From: Escherichia phage Mangalitsa
Sequence record: NC_048799.1
Strand: one strand, 5' to 3'
DNA length: 52,329 bases
In this document: piece after piece, positions 46,227-52,329 of the stretch
How positions within the stretch are numbered: position 1 is the stretch's first letter
Layout: each line of letters opens with the position of its first letter
Position numbers and translations under genes: made by a program
The notes under the pieces: model-generated
What the model saw: only the letters and a program-made list of their open reading frames with translations
Told to the model about the DNA's origin: nothing
Database searches by the model: none

Positions 46227-47371
46227 TGACTAATCGTTTAACTTTCCAATTTCCCTGGGCGCAAGATGGTGAAGTTGCTGACCCAGACTTAGACACAACC
46301 AACCCAAGTTACGTTGCAAACCGATATGCAGACATGGGATGGGAAGCTGAGAAGCCTCCAAACGAATGGCAGAACTTCTTAACACAGATTAGCGATTTAA
46401 AGATTATGTCTTTACTCTTCTCTGGTGTGGCAGAGTTTGATAGCAGTGTTACATATCAAACTGGTGCAGTGTCTGTCCTTAATGGTGTTGTGCAAATTAA
46501 GGTTGCCTCCGGTTGGGAACAAATCCTGGACATGAAGACTGTCGATTATTTAAATGATGTTGCAGCATTGAAACTCATTTATGATAATCACATGGCAGCA
46601 ACCAACCCTCACCAAGATACAGTTGAGACACTTACAGATAAGAGTCGCACCAAAGAGTATCTGGATGCTGCATTCGGAAGTCCTACCGACCCACAAACAA
46701 TTGTTTATCATAAATTGCAACAAGGTCGTGTTCACCAGGAAACTCCAGAGCAGGTTGGGACTCTTCCAATATCTGGTGGTACATTCACTGGTCCTGTGTC
46801 ATTCCTTGCTGGGATGGGGTTTGCAACAAACAACACTGTCAGTATGAACGGTGCAACAGGTCGTTTGGAACTTCGTAGTGGTAATCGTATTCTGTCTATT
46901 GATGCTCTAGGAAATGTTATCTGGAGCATAGTTGGTGGTGAAGAATATCCCGTGATGACGGAGCTGAATTACTCAGAGTTTCAAATCCGTTGGGGAAACA
47001 GATTTGCACTCCCAACACCATACTTGAGCATGAACCTATCTGCCAGTATTAATGATGCTTGCTCTGTTCGTGGTTGGAAGATTTCAACAACGGGAACACC
47101 AGCATTTCACCCTATGGGTGGGTTGAAGATTGATGACAATACTGTAACCTTCTCCGGATTTGATGTTTCTTGTCCAACCACAATAGTGGCCTTTACAAGA
47201 AATGCTTCCGGTACTCTTGGGAGAGGTAACTCTGATGCTCCGTCTGGTGGGTATACAAGCCTTAACACACTCCTTACGAACCTTGGAATAGTTGATGCTG
47301 CTTACATCGTAAGTATCACTTGCTACCCAACGTTAACCGCTTATCAGAAATCAATGTTAGTGAGGCCATAA
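46226..47371 (+). CDS. putative tail fiber protein
   Basis: Contains NPHQDT fiber-repeat-like segment. Confidence 0.45.
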   Translation: MTNRLTFQFPWAQDGEVADPDLDTTNPSYVANRYADMGWEAEKPPNEWQNFLTQISDLKIMSLLFSGVAEFDSSVTYQTGAVSVLNGVVQIKVASGWEQILDMKTVDYLNDVAALKLIYDNHMAATNPHQDTVETLTDKSRTKEYLDAAFGSPTDPQTIVYHKLQQGRVHQETPEQVGTLPISGGTFTGPVSFLAGMGFATNNTVSMNGATGRLELRSGNRILSIDALGNVIWSIVGGEEYPVMTELNYSEFQIRWGNRFALPTPYLSMNLSASINDACSVRGWKISTTGTPAFHPMGGLKIDDNTVTFSGFDVSCPTTIVAFTRNASGTLGRGNSDAPSGGYTSLNTLLTNLGIVDAAYIVSITCYPTLTAYQKSMLVRP

Positions 47372-48765
47372 TGGCGCTTCGTCCTGAATTAAACCGCGTC
47401 TGGACTTCAAACAACTCTGTTGCCAGACGTGACCCAGGGGATGCAAAGTATCTCCAAGGTTGGGTTGCTGAGATACCAACCTATCAAGTTTTAAACTATT
47501 TGCAGTACAAAGTTGATACCACAATGCTTGCTCAGGCGGAACGTGGAATCTTCGAGTGGGGTGGTGATGTTTCTTATGGTGTTGGCAGTTTGGCTTGGGA
47601 CGAAACAAACAAAACTATTTATGTTTGTACTGTAACAAACCCAAGCAAGACTTTAGCACCAAGTGTCAACCCTTCTCAATGGAGTCCGAGCGCCATTCAG
47701 GTATCTCGTGCAAATTATGACTCTGTTGTGTCTGCAATCAATAACCACATTGCAAACCGAGCAAACCCACACCAAGTAACTGCTGCACAGGTTGGTACAT
47801 ATAACCGTGCTGAAATGGATGCGCTTGTTTCAAACTACCGTGCAATGGTGTTGGCCCACGCCTCAGACTACAACAACCCACACAACTTAACTGCTGTTCA
47901 AGTTGGTGCTGTTCCTGTAACTGGTGGTGAGTATACTGGTCAGGTTACTATGCCAACTGCATACTTCAATGAGTCCAAAACTGCACAACTGTTGCAAGAC
48001 AATGGACTATGGTTGAAGAATGGCAACTACTTACTAGGTATTAACGGTACGACAGGGAATCCCGAAGCAGGAACTGCTGCAAGCAAGTCCCGGATAGTCA
48101 CAGAACTTATCTTCCCAGACTTGAAAGCTGCACAAGAGTCTGAATATGCAGTAGAAGCGCCATACTATGAAATGGCACTAATAGGTTCTGTAAACATACT
48201 TCGTGGCACAGGAACATTCAGTACCGGGAACTCCGAGCCTATGTACTTGGCATCATCTGGTGGTGCTCTAACATTCGACAGCTCACCAACCAGCCCATCA
48301 CAGTCATTCAACGCTTCTTCACAACTCCCTGCTGGCCCAAGTATGACGGTCTGTGCCGATGTTATGAGGGTGTCACAGTCTGATACAAGTGATGGCAACT
48401 GGCAGCTAAGTTTCGGCACCGCAGATTTCAATATCACCATTGGGTACAATGGGTATACTACCATTAGGTACAGGAGCCTAGCAGGAAGTATTGCTGTAAT
48501 ATTGCAGGGTGTAATCTCCCAAGATTTGAAAACCGTAGGTGTGTGGAACAGGGTGTCGGCAACACTTTCTGGAAGCACTATGAAGGTGTTTGTAAACGGT
48601 GCACTGCTATTCTACAAAGAGCAAGAAGTTGGTGTTGCAGTGGAGAGAGCGCCATTTATAACTAAATGGGCTATGGTTGGGGCTACCACAAACTCTAGAA
48701 TGTCTATTAGGGCTTTTAGGTTGTGGGACTCGGCACTAACAGATAAACAAATCTCAACCTTATAG
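47371..48765 (+). CDS. putative tail fiber protein
   Basis: Repeated NPHQVTAAQVG / NPHNLTAVQVGA fiber-repeat motifs; ATG 47371 with GAGG RBS. Confidence 0.5.
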   Translation: MALRPELNRVWTSNNSVARRDPGDAKYLQGWVAEIPTYQVLNYLQYKVDTTMLAQAERGIFEWGGDVSYGVGSLAWDETNKTIYVCTVTNPSKTLAPSVNPSQWSPSAIQVSRANYDSVVSAINNHIANRANPHQVTAAQVGTYNRAEMDALVSNYRAMVLAHASDYNNPHNLTAVQVGAVPVTGGEYTGQVTMPTAYFNESKTAQLLQDNGLWLKNGNYLLGINGTTGNPEAGTAASKSRIVTELIFPDLKAAQESEYAVEAPYYEMALIGSVNILRGTGTFSTGNSEPMYLASSGGALTFDSSPTSPSQSFNASSQLPAGPSMTVCADVMRVSQSDTSDGNWQLSFGTADFNITIGYNGYTTIRYRSLAGSIAVILQGVISQDLKTVGVWNRVSATLSGSTMKVFVNGALLFYKEQEVGVAVERAPFITKWAMVGATTNSRMSIRAFRLWDSALTDKQISTL

Positions 48766-48773
48766 GATTCAAA

Positions 48774-49859
48774 ATGGCTAAAGGCTATTCTTTAGACGCG
48801 TTGGTGCAAGAGCACTATATGAAGTCTAGTACCAACCTGGATAATATAAATATCGACACCCTTACAGGAATGGATAGTGTTGGAGTGTATTACCAGTCAT
48901 ACAACGCTTATGCCATACTTGCAAATAATTACCCTCCAGGTGCGCAAGCAGGTACTTTGGAGGTTATTCCAACAAACGTAGGCTCTGCGGGTCGTGTGAC
49001 ACAAAGATATACAAACTGGCAAGACCTTCGTATGTGGGTGCGCGGCCAAAGTGGAAGCACGACGGCGGCCGATTTAAGTTTTAGCCCGTGGGTGGAGTTT
49101 ATAAATGCCAACAACATTTATAATGCCATCTATCCGATTGGTATTGTTCTCAAGTTTGATAACGCCACCAACCCAAACAACTCCTTCACAGGAACTGTGT
49201 GGCAACAAATCACAGATGGTCGTGCTGTTCGTGCTGCAACTTCTGCTGTGGCTGGAGCTACCGATGGACAGATTGGTTCTGTAGCTGGCAGTGATTCTGC
49301 ATCAATCGCTGTAGCCAACCTCCCATCACACACCCACAACATGCGTAACCATACCCACTCTATTGCGTCCCACACGCACACTATGGCCCATACGCACTCA
49401 ATAAACCACGACCACGGTGCGGTAACATCGAGTTCGGCTGGTGCTCACACACACAGCTTGAGTGGCACTGCTGCTTCTGCTGGGAACCACAACCACAACC
49501 AGGGCGTTGCATGGGAGCATGGTGGCGACACGCAGTATGGCTCTGTTACTGTTGGTAACAAGTCGCGTCGCCAGGACTGGCTTGATGGTGGTAACAACCA
49601 GTATCCTAAGACTTCAACCAACGGTGCTCACACACATAGTGTTAGTGGTACTGCAAACTCTGCTGGCGCTCACACGCACTCTGTAGACCTGCCTAACTTC
49701 ACAGGCACAAGTGGTGGCTCCAGTGCTGCTAACACAGGCGGTACTGCCCTGACGACTGGTGCACCTAGCTCCAACGAATCGGATGCAACTGGCGGCGGTA
49801 CTGCCTTAACCGTCCGTAACTCATCTCACTACTATGCCCTCTGGAAACGAGTGGCTTAA
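48774..49859 (+). CDS. tail fiber distal protein with His-x-His repeats
   Basis: HTHNMRNHTHSIASHTHTMAHTHSINHDHG and two further GAHTHS repeats, resembling metal-coordinating HxH motifs of myovirus fiber tips. Confidence 0.55.
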   Translation: MAKGYSLDALVQEHYMKSSTNLDNINIDTLTGMDSVGVYYQSYNAYAILANNYPPGAQAGTLEVIPTNVGSAGRVTQRYTNWQDLRMWVRGQSGSTTAADLSFSPWVEFINANNIYNAIYPIGIVLKFDNATNPNNSFTGTVWQQITDGRAVRAATSAVAGATDGQIGSVAGSDSASIAVANLPSHTHNMRNHTHSIASHTHTMAHTHSINHDHGAVTSSSAGAHTHSLSGTAASAGNHNHNQGVAWEHGGDTQYGSVTVGNKSRRQDWLDGGNNQYPKTSTNGAHTHSVSGTANSAGAHTHSVDLPNFTGTSGGSSAANTGGTALTTGAPSSNESDATGGGTALTVRNSSHYYALWKRVA

Positions 49860-49866
49860 GGAAATC

Positions 49867-50208
49867 ATGGAACGCTTATCCATTCAGATGTTTCTCGACC
49901 TCATGCACCAATACGGCGTTTGGCATGGATTGCTGGCTGGCCTGACGGCTCTAATCCGTGGGGCATACGAGAGTGAGGGTTTAAGCAAGGCGTTGCTGGA
50001 TGCGACGCTATGCAGCTTAATCGGCCTGTTTGCATTTCAGGTCGCTGGCACATTTGAGACTTTCACGACTAACGTCACTATGCAGTTAGTTCTTGCGATT
50101 GTTATCGGTGTGATTGGTGCAAACCTCATTATCACAACTGTCAGGGAAAGTTTCTCTGGCGCAATCAAACAACTTAATCCTTTGACGTGGTTCAAGAAGG
50201 CACGATGA
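49867..50208 (+). CDS. putative holin
   Basis: Three predicted TM segments, basic C-terminus, AAGGAA RBS; immediately upstream of a cell-wall hydrolase. Confidence 0.45.
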   Translation: MERLSIQMFLDLMHQYGVWHGLLAGLTALIRGAYESEGLSKALLDATLCSLIGLFAFQVAGTFETFTTNVTMQLVLAIVIGVIGANLIITTVRESFSGAIKQLNPLTWFKKAR

Positions 50209-50225
50209 AATGATAAGGAACTCGA

Positions 50226-50780
50226 ATGCTATCATTCAAAGTTCTTGCACTTCTGACAGCTTTAGTTCACATCAACGCCCCAGCTTCGGTTGGGGCAGTG
50301 AATTCTGCTATTACAGATTTTGCAAGTCATTCCTATTTAAATGGAAGTCTGAAACTATCTTCTTCACAACGCAAAGAGCTAGAATGCTATACTAAAGTAA
50401 TCTGGTACGAAGCTCGTGGTGAAGATAAACATGGAAAGATTCTGGTAGCTAATGTCGTCCGTAATAGAACAGAGTTCGGGAAGCCATTCGCTAACACCGT
50501 TTGTAATGTTGTCTACCAACGCAATCAATTTGCATGGACACGAGAAGCAAAGAAGAAGAATGCTCAATGGAAGCATGTAGCAAAGATTAATTATGCCACA
50601 GAACAACAACAAGTTCTGGACACCATTAATGTTGCAATCTCTTTTGTACTATTTAATCAACCCTCTATCACCAAAGCAACTCACTTTTGTACAGCATCGG
50701 AGAAGTGCAACTTCAAGAATGTCAAAGGTCTGGGCCGCTATGGTGGACATAAATTCTATGAGTATCTAGGAAATCTGTAA
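50226..50780 (+). CDS. SleB-type cell wall hydrolase with N-terminal signal or signal-anchor sequence
   Basis: [29 protein letters not shown]...[17 protein letters not shown] matches the SleB/CwlJ catalytic-domain pattern; hydrophobic N-terminus [24 protein letters not shown]. Confidence 0.65.
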   Translation: MLSFKVLALLTALVHINAPASVGAVNSAITDFASHSYLNGSLKLSSSQRKELECYTKVIWYEARGEDKHGKILVANVVRNRTEFGKPFANTVCNVVYQRNQFAWTREAKKKNAQWKHVAKINYATEQQQVLDTINVAISFVLFNQPSITKATHFCTASEKCNFKNVKGLGRYGGHKFYEYLGNL

Positions 50781-51880
50781 TGGCTTACACTACCTTTTCA
50801 CAAACCAAGAATAACCAACTACTAGAGCCAATGTTCTTTGGTCAGAACGTTAACGTTGCTCGATATGACCAACAGAAGTACAGCATCTTCGAGAAGTTAA
50901 TCGAGAAGCAGTTATCATTCTTTTGGCGACCTGAAGAGGTTGATGTTAGCCAGGACCGAATTGACTATGCCAGTCTGCCTGAATGCGAGAAGCACATCTT
51001 CACAAGCAACTTGCGTTACCAAATCCTGCTTGATTCCATTCAGGGACGTGGGCCAACCACAGTTCTGCTACCAATTGTGAGCATTCCTGAACTGGAAACT
51101 TGGATTGAAACTTGGTCTTTCTCTGAGACAATTCATTCCCGTTCTTACACTCATATTATTCGTAATATTGTCACCGACCCAAGTGTAATCTTTGATGAAA
51201 TTGTGGAGAATGAGCATATTAAAATGCGTGCAATTGGCATCTCTCAATATTATGATGAGCTTCAGCATCTCACTTCCATGTGGCATCTGCATGAAGATGA
51301 AGTAGACCTCCGTGAACTTAAGAAGAAGCTGTATTTATGCCTCATGTCCATCAATGCACTGGAAGCAATTCGCTTCTATGTTAGCTTTGCTTGCTCATTT
51401 GCCTTCGCTGAACGTAAGTTAATGGAAGGAAATGCCAAGATTATTCGCTTAATTGCTCGTGATGAAGCACTCCATTTGACCGGAACTCAACACATGTTGA
51501 ACCTACTTGCAAGTGGTGTTGATGACCCAGAAATGGCCGAAATTGCCAAAGAATGCCGTCAAGAATGCCAAGAAATGTTCGAAAATGTGGCCCAACAAGA
51601 GAAAGATTGGGCTGATTATTTGTTCAAAGATGGCTCAATGATTGGCTTAAATAAGCAAATTCTGTGCGGATATGTGGAATATATCACGAATATTCGTATG
51701 CAAGCAGTTGGATTGGATGCTCCATTCAAAGGTGCAACTAACCCGATTCCATGGATTAATGCATGGTTGAATTCGGATGCTGTACAAGTTGCTCCACAGG
51801 AAACGGAGATTAGTTCGTACCTTGTCGGGCAGATTGACTCCGAAGTTGACACCAATGCTCTGGGCGGATTTGAATTATGA
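50780..51880 (+). CDS. nrdB: ribonucleotide reductase class Ia small subunit (NrdB)
   Basis: Near-identical over long stretches to E. coli NrdB as recalled ([11 protein letters not shown]..., [16 protein letters not shown]..., C-terminal [13 protein letters not shown]). Confidence 0.9.
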   Translation: MAYTTFSQTKNNQLLEPMFFGQNVNVARYDQQKYSIFEKLIEKQLSFFWRPEEVDVSQDRIDYASLPECEKHIFTSNLRYQILLDSIQGRGPTTVLLPIVSIPELETWIETWSFSETIHSRSYTHIIRNIVTDPSVIFDEIVENEHIKMRAIGISQYYDELQHLTSMWHLHEDEVDLRELKKKLYLCLMSINALEAIRFYVSFACSFAFAERKLMEGNAKIIRLIARDEALHLTGTQHMLNLLASGVDDPEMAEIAKECRQECQEMFENVAQQEKDWADYLFKDGSMIGLNKQILCGYVEYITNIRMQAVGLDAPFKGATNPIPWINAWLNSDAVQVAPQETEISSYLVGQIDSEVDTNALGGFEL

Positions 51881-51997
51881 TTGGTTACGGTGAAGGCTGA
51901 CGTTTGTCAGTTAATATGTGAGAAGAGATTCGATGCGTTAGCGTCGTTTCTCTTTGAGCTAGAATAAAACAAGTAAATTAAATATTTATTTATTCCC

Positions 51998-52014
51998 AAT
52001 ATTGCTACAATATT
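51998..52014. repeat. AATATTGCTACAATATT site (related copies at 3325 and 52184)
   Basis: Same family as the AATATTGTGACAATATT inverted repeats of the early intergenic region. Confidence 0.5.
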
Positions 52015-52056
52015 AAGAGTAATATTAGGAATGCGTAAAGTTCAAAACCAAATGGT

Positions 52057-52109
52057 ACATGGTCGGTCAACTGCACCTGCTTCAATCTTCGTTCATGGTC
52101 GGTCGACTG
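52057..52109. repeat. direct repeat ACATGGTCGGTC(A/G)ACTG, two copies 37 nt apart
   Basis: Copies at 52057..52073 and 52094..52109; a third partial copy ACATGGTCGGTT at 3594..3605. Confidence 0.5.
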
Positions 52110-52150
52110 TATCTCGCCGAAATTTGTTCGAACAGAAGTCCGACTATGAA

Positions 52151-52183
52151 ATAATTTTTTTTTTATAATTTTTTTTTATTTTT
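52151..52183. repeat. AT-rich tract with T10 and T9 homopolymer runs
   Basis: ATAATTTTTTTTTTATAATTTTTTTTTATTTT. Confidence 0.5.
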
Positions 52184-52204
52184 CAATATTGCTACAGAAT
52201 TAAT

Positions 52205-52260
52205 GAGACTAGAATTGTTACGATATTGGAGACTCGAATTTGTTCGATATTAACGAGACT
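52205..52260. repeat. three GAGACT-containing direct repeats with about 25-bp period
   Basis: GAGACT at 52205, 52229 and 52255 in similar contexts, followed by TGTGACAATATT at 52268. Confidence 0.4.
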
Positions 52261-52329
52261 CAATCTGTGACAATATTATAATTTTATTTTTGGGCCAGCG
52301 GGGAGGGGAAGCCCAACGTCCTATCGGAC

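Noticed and set aside
52141-52290. Host sigma70 promoter at the right end (TATAAT at 52165 and 52276)
   Set aside because: No acceptable -35 element at 16 to 18 bp spacing; the TATAAT matches are embedded in AT-rich repeats and may be coincidental
1-52329. CRISPR arrays, integrase or recombinase genes, and direct terminal repeats between the two window ends
   Set aside because: No regularly spaced repeat-spacer array and no integrase-like ORF; the first and last 200 bp share no extended identity, so terminal redundancy cannot be shown from this window

Overview
The window reads as a complete or near-complete double-stranded DNA phage genome (about 52 kb) in which every convincing gene lies on the + strand. 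It opens with a compact T7-like single-subunit RNA polymerase (704 aa), followed by a block of small early genes driven by a repeated phage-type promoter (core CATTAGTTG-N-WDKTG, 10 copies). A replication and nucleotide-metabolism module follows: ThyX-like protein, primase-helicase, family A DNA polymerase, 5'-3' exonuclease, ligase, dNMP-kinase-like protein, dUTPase and two HNH endonucleases. The late region has lambda-like head genes (terminase, portal, scaffold, decoration protein, major capsid protein) joined to a contractile-tail and P2/Mu-like baseplate module, then a holin, a SleB-like hydrolase and an orphan NrdB that closely resembles enterobacterial NrdB. I do not recognise this combination as a named phage group. 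The most unusual features are: five proteins ending in an SSB-like hydrophobic-Pro-Phe tail, one carrying the exact E. coli SSB tip DFDDDIPF; three GC-rich, ORF-poor structured regions around an atypical tRNA-like gene and a superinfection-immunity gene; two programmed -1 frameshifts; and an inverted-repeat family shared between a 1.1 kb early intergenic region and the right end. All functional calls rest on motifs read by eye and remembered family signatures; no database search was run.
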